Shown: positions 20,538 through 30,708, numbered from the stretch's first letter. The stretch is DNA of 60,107 nucleotides from Samistivirus egole (IMGVR_UViG_2974779775_000001:1-60107), one strand, 5' to 3'. Numbers and translations are program-made. Notes: generated by a model not told the origin, from the letters alone.

Positions 20538-22481
20538 TTGACTTTGGTCGATGATAAGGGCTTCCTTACAGACCCTTATAGAAACTTCATCCACACAAGC
20601 CGCTACGCAAGGTACCGTGATGACCTTGGACGACGTGAGACTTATGTGGAGACTGTTGACAGATACATGAATTACATGCGCAACAGTCTGATTAACAATC
20701 ACGGATATGGAGTTCCCGAAGAGGAATATGACCTCGTTCGGGACTTTATTCTTGAGCAGGCAGCAATGCCCTCCATGCGTGCCATGATGACTTCCGGACC
20801 AGCCCTGGACAGAGACAATGTCGCTGCCTATAACTGTTCCTACGTCACAATTGATGACCCACGAGCATTCGATGAAACCCTGTACATTCTGATGAATGGT
20901 ACAGGCGTTGGCTTCTCTGTTGAGGAAAAGTATGTTCGAAAGCTTCCAGTCATTGCAGAAGAGTTTGAAGCTACTGAGAGTGTAATCAAGGTAGCTGACA
21001 GCAAGGAAGGTTGGGCACGAGCATATCGTGAGCTACTTAGCCTTCTCTGGGGTGGTCGCGTTCCTCGTTGGGACACCTCTAAGGTACGTCCAGCGGGCGC
21101 GAGGCTAAAGACTTTTGGTGGTAGGGCATCTGGCCCTGGTCCACTAGAGCAGCTTTTCCAGTTCACGATTGACGTATTTGCTAAGGCTGCCGGTCGTCAG
21201 CTCACCTCACTTGAGGCGCATGACCTTGTTTGTAAGATTGCAGAAGTTGTAGTTGTTGGTGGAGTAAGGCGTTCAGCGCTTATTTCTCTTTCCGACCTCT
21301 CTGACCTCCGTATGGCTACAGCAAAGTCCGGTAGCTGGTGGGAGAGTCAGCCCCAGCGTTCTCTTGCAAACAACTCAGTCGCCTACACTTCAAAGCCTGA
21401 CATGACTGCCTTTATGGCTGAATGGAAGAACCTTTACGACTCCAAGTCTGGAGAGCGTGGAATCTTCAATAGACAGGCTGCAAAGACCCAGGCGGCTAAG
21501 AATGAAAGGCGAGATGGCAATTTCGACTTCGGAACTAATCCATGTAGCGAAATTATCCTTCGACCTAATCAGTTCTGTAATCTGACTGAGGTTGTTGTCC
21601 GACCAGACGACAACACGGAGAGTCTGATGCGTAAGGTAAAGGCCGCCACAATCCTTGGAACGTGGCAGTCAACCCTTACCAATTTCAAATACCTTCGTAA
21701 GGTTTGGAAGAAGAACACCGAGGAAGAAAGACTACTTGGCGTTTCTCTTACCGGCCAGTTTGGTAACAGACTGATGTCAGGCCAGGAAGGAATGAAGGAG
21801 CTAAAGGATGTCCTCGAAGCTCTGAGATTTCAGGCGATTGCTGCAAACGCCGAGACTGCTGATGCTATTGGCATTCCTCGTTCCACAGCAATCACTTGTG
21901 TCAAGCCTTCTGGAACTGTTTCACAGCTAGTAGGTGTTCCTTCGGGAATGCACACCGAGCATGACCACTTCTACATTCGAACAGTACGAGGAGACAACAA
22001 GGACCCTCTTACTCAGTTCCTCAAGGACAGTGGAGTTCCAAATGAGCCTGACGTAATGAAGCCTAATGACACCACAGTCTTTAGCTTCCCTAAGAAAGCA
22101 GCAGAAGGTGCACTTACTCGAAATGACCTTACGGCAATAGAGCACCTAGAGATTTGGCTAGCGTATCAGCGACACTGGTGCGAGCATAAGCCATCCATCA
22201 CTGTTTCTGTCAAGGAGCACGAATGGATGGAAGTAGGAGCTTGGGTTTACAAGCACTTCGATGAGGTGTCAGGAATTTCATTCCTTCCATTCTCTGAGCA
22301 CACCTACAAGCAGGCTCCATATCAGACCATTACCGAGGCAGAATACAAGGAATGGCTTGAGAAGATGCCTACAGAGATTCAGTGGGACCTTCTTCCTACA
22401 TATGAAGAGGGAGACAACACGACAGGTTCTCAGGAGCTTGCCTGCTCCGCAGGAGCGTGTGAAGTCGTAGACATTGGTTAA
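20538..22481 (+). CDS. nrdJ: Class II (adenosylcobalamin-dependent) ribonucleotide reductase
   Basis: MPSMRAM, YNCSY, LMNGTGVGFSVE, TNPCSEI, TCVKPSGTVSQL, C-terminal ELACSAGACE. Confidence 0.92.
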   Translation: MTLVDDKGFLTDPYRNFIHTSRYARYRDDLGRRETYVETVDRYMNYMRNSLINNHGYGVPEEEYDLVRDFILEQAAMPSMRAMMTSGPALDRDNVAAYNCSYVTIDDPRAFDETLYILMNGTGVGFSVEEKYVRKLPVIAEEFEATESVIKVADSKEGWARAYRELLSLLWGGRVPRWDTSKVRPAGARLKTFGGRASGPGPLEQLFQFTIDVFAKAAGRQLTSLEAHDLVCKIAEVVVVGGVRRSALISLSDLSDLRMATAKSGSWWESQPQRSLANNSVAYTSKPDMTAFMAEWKNLYDSKSGERGIFNRQAAKTQAAKNERRDGNFDFGTNPCSEIILRPNQFCNLTEVVVRPDDNTESLMRKVKAATILGTWQSTLTNFKYLRKVWKKNTEEERLLGVSLTGQFGNRLMSGQEGMKELKDVLEALRFQAIAANAETADAIGIPRSTAITCVKPSGTVSQLVGVPSGMHTEHDHFYIRTVRGDNKDPLTQFLKDSGVPNEPDVMKPNDTTVFSFPKKAAEGALTRNDLTAIEHLEIWLAYQRHWCEHKPSITVSVKEHEWMEVGAWVYKHFDEVSGISFLPFSEHTYKQAPYQTITEAEYKEWLEKMPTEIQWDLLPTYEEGDNTTGSQELACSAGACEVVDIG

Positions 22482-22485
22482 AAGA

Positions 22486-22514
22486 AGCCGGTACTTTCGA
22501 GTACCGGCTCTTTT
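22486..22514 (+). terminator. Intrinsic terminator
   Basis: AGCCGGTACT-TTCG-AGTACCGGCT-CTTTT. Confidence 0.85.
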
Positions 22515-22541
22515 GCTTCATAGCCAATACCTCTTTATACT
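22513..22541 (+). promoter_or_regulatory. Promoter for endolysin
   Basis: TTGCTT-N17-TATACT; the -35 overlaps the terminator U tract. Confidence 0.7.
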
Positions 22542-22567
22542 ATTAATCGAAGGAGGTGAATGCGAAA

Positions 22568-23992
22568 ATGGCAACACCAATGACAGCAACGCAGATTGTT
22601 GCTCAGCTCAAGAAGTGGGGAATCAAGTACAAGGAAGTAAAGTCTTGGAAGTCCCACAACAGAAATTCTGTTGGCGCATGGGGTGGAATGAACGGATTTA
22701 TCTGGCATCACACTGGCGCTGACGTAACTGCCGCTAAGGCCGGAGAGTACGCAGGAAATATTCTTTACAATGGCATTTCTGGACTACCTGGTCCTCTATG
22801 CCACTTTGGACTTGCTCCAGATGGAATGCTTTACCTGGTAGGATGGGGTCGTGCAAATCACGCTGGAGGTGGAGACCCTGCGGTTCTCAACCACGTAATC
22901 AATGAAGATTACTCTAAGCAGCTAAAGCCTACTCGTGGTAATTCAAACGGTACTGACGGAAACGCTCATTTTTATGGCGTAGAAATCATGTACTCTGGAA
23001 GCCGCAAGATGACTGATGCTCAGTACAAGACTGCGCTCAAGCTTTCAGCAGCCATTCTAGATTTCCATAAGTGGTCTGAGAAGTCCGTAATTGGACATGG
23101 TGAATGGTCTAATGACAAGTGGGACCCAGGCTATGCTTCCGGAAAGATTATGGACATGGTAAAGGTTCGTGCTGACATTAAGGCGACAAAGGCGGCCGGT
23201 CCAGGAGGAACAACTCCTGCCCCTAAGCCAACACCTACTCCAACACCTAAGCCAACTACTGGTACTTACACAGTAAAGAAGGGTGATACTCTATGGAGCA
23301 TTTCCCAGGCAACTAAGGTTTCTGTTGCAGACCTCAAGTCTTGGAATGGACTAAAGTCCGATGATATCTCTATCGGTCAGGTTCTCAAGACAAAGAAGCC
23401 TGCTACAACGACTCCAACAAAGCCGCCTACAGTTCCAACGATTCCTGTACCAGTGCCAGTAATCATTCCTAAGTCTCGTGAGGCAAAGGATGTTATTGTT
23501 GCACAGTCAGCCGTTGCTCTAAAGGCATGGCCTTTCATTAGCGATATTGAAAAGGCTAAGGGCCTTCCAACGGGACTGCTTCTTGCAGTCGGTTCTCGTG
23601 AGACAAACCTCACCAATGTAATTGGCGACGGTGGTCATGGATTCGGAGTATGGCAGCGTGACAACAGATATTGGCCAGTCGATGAATCATATCTAAATGA
23701 TGTGAAGAAGCAGGCCGAAGATGCTGCAACGCTTCTTGCTGCGAATTACAAGGTATTGAAGAGTTGGGATTACGCTGTAGCCGCATACAATGCAGGCGTG
23801 GATGGAGTTCAGAAGGCTCTAGCCGCTCTAAAGTCTGCTGATGCAGCAACTACAGGTGGAGATTACGCAGCCGATGTTCTAGGTAGACTAGCCTTTACTA
23901 AGGATGTGGCTCCAACAACCACTCCAACCCCAACGCTTGAACAGCGTGTGACAGAGCTGGAAAAGAAGGTCTCCGCACTTGAAAAGGAGTAA
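22568..23992 (+). CDS. Endolysin: Amidase_2 + LysM + lysozyme/transglycosylase-like C-terminal domain
   Basis: IWHHTG, RANHAG, GVE, GHGEW; YTVKKGDTLWSIS LysM; SRET...GFGVWQRD...AAYNAG; AAGGAGG RBS. Confidence 0.88.
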   Translation: MATPMTATQIVAQLKKWGIKYKEVKSWKSHNRNSVGAWGGMNGFIWHHTGADVTAAKAGEYAGNILYNGISGLPGPLCHFGLAPDGMLYLVGWGRANHAGGGDPAVLNHVINEDYSKQLKPTRGNSNGTDGNAHFYGVEIMYSGSRKMTDAQYKTALKLSAAILDFHKWSEKSVIGHGEWSNDKWDPGYASGKIMDMVKVRADIKATKAAGPGGTTPAPKPTPTPTPKPTTGTYTVKKGDTLWSISQATKVSVADLKSWNGLKSDDISIGQVLKTKKPATTTPTKPPTVPTIPVPVPVIIPKSREAKDVIVAQSAVALKAWPFISDIEKAKGLPTGLLLAVGSRETNLTNVIGDGGHGFGVWQRDNRYWPVDESYLNDVKKQAEDAATLLAANYKVLKSWDYAVAAYNAGVDGVQKALAALKSADAATTGGDYAADVLGRLAFTKDVAPTTTPTPTLEQRVTELEKKVSALEKE

Positions 23993-24090
23993 GTGATGTG
24001 TTATCCTATGATTACAGCCTACGGAAATGAGTCCGAGACTGTCTGGCGACATTCGTGCCGCTAGCTTAGGATGGATATATTACTGCCAGG

Positions 24091-24114
24091 GCCCCAACGT
24101 GAGTTGGGGCTTTT
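24091..24114 (+). terminator. Intrinsic terminator
   Basis: GCCCCAAC-GTGA-GTTGGGGC-TTTT. Confidence 0.85.
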
Positions 24115-24141
24115 GGCATTTGACTTCATAATTGATATACT
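24113..24141 (+). promoter_or_regulatory. Promoter giving a leaderless mRNA
   Basis: TTGGCA-N17-TATACT-N6-ATG(24148). Confidence 0.7.
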
Positions 24142-24147
24142 GTTCAC

Positions 24148-25884
24148 ATGTCCTATCAACTACAAGTCCTCACAGATGCTCCATTTTCCTATTGGAAGCT
24201 GGACGAAGCAGGCCCAGCATTCCCAGATTCAGCCGGTAGCATGAGAACCGCTGACCTAGTGGGAACAATCTCTCGTCACCCTGCCCTTGTGACAGGCTCA
24301 GGAAACGCTCTGCTATTGAACAATAGCAACCATCTGGATATGGACGACCCTGTTTTCAACAAAGGCTACGAGCTACGTCAGTTCACTCTAGAGGCATGGG
24401 TTAAGCCCATCAGCCTCACAGATGAAGTGTCAATCATGAGCCATTCTGGGACTTACGATGGACTCACCATCACACCTACCCACATCTATTTCAGAACAAA
24501 GTATCTTGCGGCCGGTAGTTGTGAGGTCTCATACGAATACTCAACTGGTAAGTCTTTCCATGTCGTAGGTGTTCACACCAACGCAAAGAACTCTCTCTAT
24601 GTAGATGGAGTTCTGGTGGCAGAAACAGACCTGACAGAAGACCAGCAGATTGACTCCTATTCATTCCTTACTTCTGACCTCATCGCTGGCCAGGGAAGTG
24701 GAACGATTGCCCTTGACGCTCCAGCTATTTACACGAACTCTCTGGGCTCAGAAGCAATCTCACGACACTATTCAAATGGAGTAGATGTCGATACGAGCGA
24801 AGCTATCGCAGGATTCAACGATGCAATCTTCTGGAACTTCACAGACGAAACCAGAAACATCGCAATCAAGAAGGTCTGGACAAGCGATGCTGATTGGGCA
24901 GACGCAGTTCTGACAGATGTAGCGGTTGTGGACAATACAATTACGCCAAGCTATTCACAGACAGAATCAGAAATTGTCGAAGATGGATTGATTGTCCCTG
25001 TTTACACAAACACCTCGCTACCAGGAGTCTGGCTGACTTCTCTACAATTCACCTCAATCCCAGAAGAAACTGTTTCTGATGCAAGAATCAATTGGAAGGG
25101 CGAGGGCTCTTACACAATTGAGTATTCTGTGGACGGAGGAACAACCTGGCTCACACCATCTGATTCTGGCTCAACCGTTCTCGACAACGAAAGCGTTGTT
25201 GATATCAGAGTCACATTTGCTGGTGGAATTGTTGATGACACCAGTTATGTTAGCTCAATCGAAGTGGTTGCCTATCTAGACAAATACTATCGAGGAAGTC
25301 GTTCTGACAGAACTGCATTGATGACCGGTACAGGAGTTGTCAGCGATTCGTATTACGAGCCAATTGAATACGCTGACATCAATGGCCTCAGAATCATCTC
25401 CGGAATGGTTGACATCTCCCTTGACGATTCTTATGAGGGTGAAGAAGAACCAGGAGACTTGAATGTCAATGGTTTCGATATGTGGGTCAAGGCGACTCCG
25501 GGAAACATCTTCAATGCTACTGGAATCAATGTAGAACGCTCAGGAGATACAATTGTCTTTTCTGGATTCAGTGCATTCACTGTGAATGGCCAGTCCGTCA
25601 CAAGTGGAGCTACTGTCTTTGGCTCAGATAGCTGGTATCACATTGCTGGAGTATTCTCAACACCGGGAAATTATGCAATGTCTGTCGGAAGCCCCGGCAC
25701 AGTGATTTCCCAATTGTCCATTATCTACGGAAGCCTAAGCCTCCTAGGACTACAACAGATGTATGCCGCTTATCTCGGTCTGCCAGGTCTTGTCGTAAAT
25801 GACACTTCAACCGTTGATATCGGTGAAGGAAGTCCTGCTACCAACTTGTACGCGCATGTCTGGGGAATTACACCAGCAGGATAA
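24148..25884 (+). CDS. LamG/concanavalin-like domain virion protein
   Basis: YWKLDE, FTLEAWVKP, FHVVGV, LYVDG motifs. Confidence 0.75.
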   Translation: MSYQLQVLTDAPFSYWKLDEAGPAFPDSAGSMRTADLVGTISRHPALVTGSGNALLLNNSNHLDMDDPVFNKGYELRQFTLEAWVKPISLTDEVSIMSHSGTYDGLTITPTHIYFRTKYLAAGSCEVSYEYSTGKSFHVVGVHTNAKNSLYVDGVLVAETDLTEDQQIDSYSFLTSDLIAGQGSGTIALDAPAIYTNSLGSEAISRHYSNGVDVDTSEAIAGFNDAIFWNFTDETRNIAIKKVWTSDADWADAVLTDVAVVDNTITPSYSQTESEIVEDGLIVPVYTNTSLPGVWLTSLQFTSIPEETVSDARINWKGEGSYTIEYSVDGGTTWLTPSDSGSTVLDNESVVDIRVTFAGGIVDDTSYVSSIEVVAYLDKYYRGSRSDRTALMTGTGVVSDSYYEPIEYADINGLRIISGMVDISLDDSYEGEEEPGDLNVNGFDMWVKATPGNIFNATGINVERSGDTIVFSGFSAFTVNGQSVTSGATVFGSDSWYHIAGVFSTPGNYAMSVGSPGTVISQLSIIYGSLSLLGLQQMYAAYLGLPGLVVNDTSTVDIGEGSPATNLYAHVWGITPAG

Positions 25885-25888
25885 CGAG

Positions 25889-25915
25889 AATGGCCCCATG
25901 TCGGGGCCATTTTTG
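25889..25915 (+). terminator. Intrinsic terminator
   Basis: AATGGCCCC-ATGTC-GGGGCCATT-TTT. Confidence 0.8.
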
Positions 25916-25941
25916 CTTAATAACGCCAATGTCCTTATGAT
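25913..25941 (+). promoter_or_regulatory. Promoter giving a leaderless mRNA
   Basis: TTGCTT-N17-TATGAT-N6-ATG(25948). Confidence 0.7.
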
Positions 25942-25947
25942 GTCAGT

Positions 25948-26283
25948 ATGAAAAAGACCAATATCCAGACAGTTGAAGAGGCCGCTTACGGAGTCTACGT
26001 TTGGGAAATGCCTAATGGACAGTGGGTTGGAGACGATGAAGGTAACTTCCTCTCCATTGCTGCCATGAAGGGTGACCTCAAGCGTCTGAATGAACTGACC
26101 GAAGCTGCCCGTCATTATGGAATTATGGTTGGTAAGCCACTGTTTCTTTCCGGACATCGAAAGGTCGATGATGAGGAATTTGAATACCAGAAGCAGCGTC
26201 AGGCTTTCGGACTGATTCCAGACGAGAATGACATTCCAGCTCTCGTAAGTGAGCAGATTTACAAGGAGCGCAATGACCAGTAA
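25948..26283 (+). CDS. Hypothetical protein preceding the portal
   Basis: 111-aa ORF overlapping the portal start. Confidence 0.8.
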   Translation: MKKTNIQTVEEAAYGVYVWEMPNGQWVGDDEGNFLSIAAMKGDLKRLNELTEAARHYGIMVGKPLFLSGHRKVDDEEFEYQKQRQAFGLIPDENDIPALVSEQIYKERNDQ

Positions 26284-27853
26284 TCGAGTTGTAGAAGCAG
26301 AGCCAGAGGACGAGAGAGTAATTGAAGTTTCTCTAGGCAACGAATACAGTCGTGACATCAGTCACGACCCTGACCCATTTCTAAAGTCAGCCGATGAGCT
26401 GAACAAGAATCTCGATGGTCTGTCTCGTTCCTTCAAGATTCGCACCACGAAGTCAATTCAGAAGTTCTACCGTGGTACGGATGGCGCTGCCTCAAAGAAG
26501 GAAGAAAGCCAGGAGGTCACGGGATACAATGCCTTCCAGGTAATGCTTCCTCCGTACAATCTCGACTACTTGGCAAAGCTTTATGAAGTAAGCCCTCCAC
26601 ACTATTCAGCAGTAAAGGCAAAGGTGTCCAACATCGTTGGTCTCGGCTTTGACCTTGTAGAAACATCAGCAGCAAAGCGCAAGCTAGATGAATTGGATGG
26701 TGAAGAAAAGACCAAGAAGGCTCGTAAGAAGATTGAACTTGAGAAGGAGCGCATCAAGGAATGGATTATTTCCTGCAACGAAGAGGATGACTTCCTAGAA
26801 ACGCTTATCAAGGTATGGACTGATTACGAGGTAACCGGAAATGGATATCTTGAAGTTGGCCGAAAGACCAATGGTGAGATTGGCTACATTGGACATGTTC
26901 CAAGTACCACCATGCGTATCAGACAGCGACGTGATGGATTCGTTCAAATCATTTCAAATAAGGCTGTCTTCTTCCGAAACTTCGGAGACAATGAGACAAC
27001 GGACCCGGTAGGAAATGACCCAAGACCAAATGAAGTCATCCACATTAAGAAGTACGCTCCAAGCAATGGGTATTACGGAATCCCTGACATCGTGGCAGCT
27101 AAGGCTGCTGTCGCAGGTAATGAGTTCGCCACCCGATTCAACTTGGACTATTTCGAGAACAAGGCTGTTCCTAGGTATGTCATTGTCATCAAGGGAGGAA
27201 AGCTCTCCCCAGCAGCAGAGCGACGAATCACCGAGTTCTTCCAGACTTCCCTAAAGGGTAAGAATCACAGGACTCTGTATGTTCCTCTACCACCTGATGA
27301 GCAAGACCGCAAGACCAGCTTTGAAATGAAGCCAGTTGAGGCCGGTACTCAGGACAGCTCATTCAACAATTACCGTAAGGGAAACCTGAATGACATCCTC
27401 ATGGCCCACCGAGTTCCTATCACAAAGGTTGGCCTTGCAGAGGGAGCAAGTCTAGCAGTTGCACGAGACGCAGACAAGACCTTCAAGGAACAGGTTTGCC
27501 GACCAGAACAGACTATTTTCGAAAACAAGCTCAACAAGATTATGAAGGAAATCAGCGATGTATTCCTCATTCATCTCAACGAGCTATCACTTACTGACGA
27601 AGACACTCAGAGCAAGATTGACGAAAGAGCAATTCGCAACCAGTGGACTACACCTAACGAGATTCGTGCTCGTCAGGGTAAGCCAGGTCTTCCAGGCGGT
27701 GACAAGATTGTCGAGCAAAAGCCACAGCAGCAAGCAGAGGCAAGAGCGCAGGCAGGACAAACAAGAACGCGAGACGCACAGCGTTCAGCCGCTTCACCTG
27801 ATAAGGATGGAGAGGCGCGTCAGCCAAAGGGTGAAGGTAGAGCAGTTCAGTGA
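26273..27853 (+). CDS. Portal protein
   Basis: TGNGYLEV.R, NEVIHIKKY...YYGIPD, YFEN.AVP, DILMAH.VP, TPNEIR pattern; AAGGAG RBS at 26273. Confidence 0.88.
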   Translation: MTSNRVVEAEPEDERVIEVSLGNEYSRDISHDPDPFLKSADELNKNLDGLSRSFKIRTTKSIQKFYRGTDGAASKKEESQEVTGYNAFQVMLPPYNLDYLAKLYEVSPPHYSAVKAKVSNIVGLGFDLVETSAAKRKLDELDGEEKTKKARKKIELEKERIKEWIISCNEEDDFLETLIKVWTDYEVTGNGYLEVGRKTNGEIGYIGHVPSTTMRIRQRRDGFVQIISNKAVFFRNFGDNETTDPVGNDPRPNEVIHIKKYAPSNGYYGIPDIVAAKAAVAGNEFATRFNLDYFENKAVPRYVIVIKGGKLSPAAERRITEFFQTSLKGKNHRTLYVPLPPDEQDRKTSFEMKPVEAGTQDSSFNNYRKGNLNDILMAHRVPITKVGLAEGASLAVARDADKTFKEQVCRPEQTIFENKLNKIMKEISDVFLIHLNELSLTDEDTQSKIDERAIRNQWTTPNEIRARQGKPGLPGGDKIVEQKPQQQAEARAQAGQTRTRDAQRSAASPDKDGEARQPKGEGRAVQ

Positions 27854-28314
27854 CGCACAAGATTTGGCATAAGACTGACGAAATGGCGAGAGGCTTGAGA
27901 AAGCCAATCAATACGGCTGCAATCTCCATCATGGGTGTTTATACATTCATATGGGGGTTGTGGCTGGCTCTGCCCTGGGCGACATTTGCTCGTAGTCCAA
28001 TCTACGGAATGATGTCCAATCTCGCGCCGGAACTGGTGTGGGGTCTAGCAGCCATGGCCATTGGAGCAATCATGCTCTATGGCGTGTGGTCCCAGGTGTA
28101 TAGAGCATTGCACAGAGGAGCCCTTGCAGGCTTCTACTACTGGTTTGTCATCAGTGGCTTCTACCTCATGGGAAGCTGGCAGTCAGTAGGATGGATAAAT
28201 GCCTTCATGGTTGCCATCTATTGCGCCTTTGTAGCCATCAACCTACGAGTCAATAGGAAGCTTGTTGACTCTAGTTTGCATGATAATAAAGAAGTGAATA
28301 AGATAAGACCATGA
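27850..28314 (+). CDS. Four-TM membrane protein
   Basis: Four hydrophobic segments; GTGA overlap with the portal stop. Confidence 0.7.
   Translation: MTHKIWHKTDEMARGLRKPINTAAISIMGVYTFIWGLWLALPWATFARSPIYGMMSNLAPELVWGLAAMAIGAIMLYGVWSQVYRALHRGALAGFYYWFVISGFYLMGSWQSVGWINAFMVAIYCAFVAINLRVNRKLVDSSLHDNKEVNKIRP
28276..28304 (+). promoter_or_regulatory. Promoter giving a leaderless mRNA
   Basis: TTGCAT-N17-TAAGAT-N6-ATG(28311). Confidence 0.7.
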
Positions 28315-29594
28315 AGATTGAGAAGGCATCCTGGCATGCCGATGAACACAACGTTCGTCTGACAATGCCAATTGCAAAGTATGATGTGGAGAAGCGTCAG
28401 GTAAGTGGATTTGCCACTCTTGACAACTTCGACTCTCATGGTGACATTGTTCTAGCAGAGGCTTCACAGAAGGCTTTTGCTCGTTTCCGTGGAAACATCC
28501 GTGAGATGCATCAGCCTATTGCAGTAGGAAAGCTGGTCGATTTCCGAGAGGAAGAGTTCTACGACTCTACGACTCAGAAGTTTTTCCGGGGCATCTATGC
28601 GACAGCGTATGTGTCAAAGGGTGCTCAGGACACATGGGAAAAGGTACTTGACGGTACTCTAAGTGGTTTTAGTATCGGCGGTAGCATCGTAGACTCTGAA
28701 ACTGAGTGGAATAAGGATGCCCAGACAAACGTACGATTCATCAAGGACTATGAGCTTATCGAACTCTCCCTTGTCGATAATCCAGCTAATCAGCTAGCCA
28801 ACATTTTCAGTATTGAGAAGATGGCAGATGGCGACAAGGTAATGAAGGGTATGGTCGTAGAAACCTCCGTAGAGAATGTCTTCTGGTGTCCAGCAGATGA
28901 AATCGCAAAGACTACAACCGAAGAAAGTGCAGGCTGCTCCGCTTGCGGAAAGTCAATGCAGAATATTGGTTGGTTCGAGACTGACAGCAACCGACAGGAA
29001 GCCGTCAAGAATCTCGTACAAGAATTTACAAAGTCTTCTGACAAGGACACTGACAAGGGAGGTGCAGAACAAATGGCAGATGAGCGTAAGGACGACGTTG
29101 CAGAGCAGGGTCGTGCAGAATCCGAGACTCCAGTAGAAGAATCAACAACTGAGAATGCTCCAGAGGTTGAGGCTGATGGAACTGTTGAGTCTGATGACAA
29201 GGAGACCGCAGCAGAAGTAGATGAGGGCGGCGCAGAGGAGCCAAACTTCGAGAAGATGCTTGAGCAGGTCCAGGAAACAATTAAGAAGGGCCTAGAGCAG
29301 ACTCGTGAAGCTACTGCTGAGGAAATCAAGACTATCGAAACCAAGGTTGATGAAATCAACAAGGCATTCGATTCCAAGTTTTCTGAGCTAGTCGAAAAGC
29401 ACGGCGAGCTTAGCGAAAAGTTTGAGAGCCTTTCCAAGCAGGCTGATGACGTTACAAAGCGTCTAGACAGCGTGGAAAAGGAAACGGCTATTAAGAAGTC
29501 CGGCGACGTTGGCACGTCAAAGGAAGAGACCATTAGCAAGGCTAAGGGCTCAAAGTGGGGCGGACACTTCCTCAGTGTATCCGACATCAAGTAA
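28311..29594 (+). CDS. Capsid maturation protease fused to an acidic/coiled-coil scaffold-like region
   Basis: REMH, GFSIGG, ELSLVDNPAN (HK97-type); position between portal and capsid. Confidence 0.85.
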   Translation: MKIEKASWHADEHNVRLTMPIAKYDVEKRQVSGFATLDNFDSHGDIVLAEASQKAFARFRGNIREMHQPIAVGKLVDFREEEFYDSTTQKFFRGIYATAYVSKGAQDTWEKVLDGTLSGFSIGGSIVDSETEWNKDAQTNVRFIKDYELIELSLVDNPANQLANIFSIEKMADGDKVMKGMVVETSVENVFWCPADEIAKTTTEESAGCSACGKSMQNIGWFETDSNRQEAVKNLVQEFTKSSDKDTDKGGAEQMADERKDDVAEQGRAESETPVEESTTENAPEVEADGTVESDDKETAAEVDEGGAEEPNFEKMLEQVQETIKKGLEQTREATAEEIKTIETKVDEINKAFDSKFSELVEKHGELSEKFESLSKQADDVTKRLDSVEKETAIKKSGDVGTSKEETISKAKGSKWGGHFLSVSDIK

Positions 29595-29625
29595 TCCAAG
29601 AAAAGGAAAGAGGTGAACAAACAAC

Positions 29626-30621
29626 ATGAGCGATGAGCTAATTGAAAAGGTCATTCGTACCACTGAGGTAGCATCTGGTGGCGGTGGTCTGCTAAACGCA
29701 GAACAGTCAAACCGTTTTATCGATTACATGTGGGAATCCACAGTTCTCGGTACCCAGGTTCGTACCATTCGTATGAGAGCCGATACAGTTGATATTGACA
29801 AGCTCGGAATTGGTGAGCGTCTAATGAGAGTTGCCACTGAGGCAGTTGACGACGGTGTAAACGCCGGAGCAACCTTCTCTAAGATTTCTCTTACCACCAA
29901 GAAGCTTCGTCTAGACTGGGAAATCTCAACAGAGTCCCTTGAAGACAACATCGAGGGTGAGGCCCTTGAGGACCACATTGCACGTCTAATGGCAACTCAG
30001 GCCGGTAACGACCTTGAGGACGTAGCCATTAACGGTAACACGGCCCTTACCACCGACCCTCTACTAAAGGCATTCGATGGATGGCGTAAGCGTGCACTCG
30101 CTGGAGGTCACGTAATTGACCACGGCGGTAACGGTGTAGACCGTAGCGTCTTTAACAAGGCTCTTAAGGCAATGCCACGTAAGTACATGCAGCGTCGTAA
30201 CGGCCTTAAGTTCTTCACAGGTTCCAATGTAATTCAGGACTACCTATTCAGCCTACAGAACACATCTGCTGACTATGTTACCCCAGAGGCTATGGCCGCT
30301 GCCGGTATCAACAGTGGAGTTCGTACTGAGGGTCCAGCCGGTTTCACAACTGGTAATGCATTCGGTGTACCTGTACAGGAGGTTCCTCTATTCGAGGAGA
30401 CTCTTGATGGAGACTACTCCGGAGCTGCTGGAGACCACGCGGATGTATGGCTAACATTCCCTAACAACATGCTATGGGGTGTAAAGCGAGAAATCCAGGT
30501 CTTCCGTGAGTTCAAGCCTAAGAAGGACACCACGGAGTACACCATGTACTGTCGTGTAGGTACTCAGATTGAGAATGCAGACGCATTCGTTGTCGTCAAG
30601 AACGTCAAGATTTCTGCCTAA
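29626..30621 (+). CDS. Major capsid protein
   Basis: GGLL.AEQSNRFID, L.TKKLRLDWEIS.E.LEDNIEG; HK97-fold context. Confidence 0.88.
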   Translation: MSDELIEKVIRTTEVASGGGGLLNAEQSNRFIDYMWESTVLGTQVRTIRMRADTVDIDKLGIGERLMRVATEAVDDGVNAGATFSKISLTTKKLRLDWEISTESLEDNIEGEALEDHIARLMATQAGNDLEDVAINGNTALTTDPLLKAFDGWRKRALAGGHVIDHGGNGVDRSVFNKALKAMPRKYMQRRNGLKFFTGSNVIQDYLFSLQNTSADYVTPEAMAAAGINSGVRTEGPAGFTTGNAFGVPVQEVPLFEETLDGDYSGAAGDHADVWLTFPNNMLWGVKREIQVFREFKPKKDTTEYTMYCRVGTQIENADAFVVVKNVKISA

Positions 30622-30646
30622 TCCTTACCAGGTACAATTTAATAGC

Positions 30647-30672
30647 GAAAGAGGGCTTCGGCCCTCTTTCTG
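30647..30672 (+). terminator. Intrinsic terminator
   Basis: GAAAGAGGGC-TTCG-GCCCTCTTTC. Confidence 0.8.
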
Positions 30673-30708
30673 CTTTTCTATGCTACAATCGTCATATGGA
30701 GGACATCA

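Noticed and set aside
28790-29620. 276-aa minus-strand Ser-rich ORF
   Set aside because: Antisense shadow of the acidic scaffold region of the protease gene.
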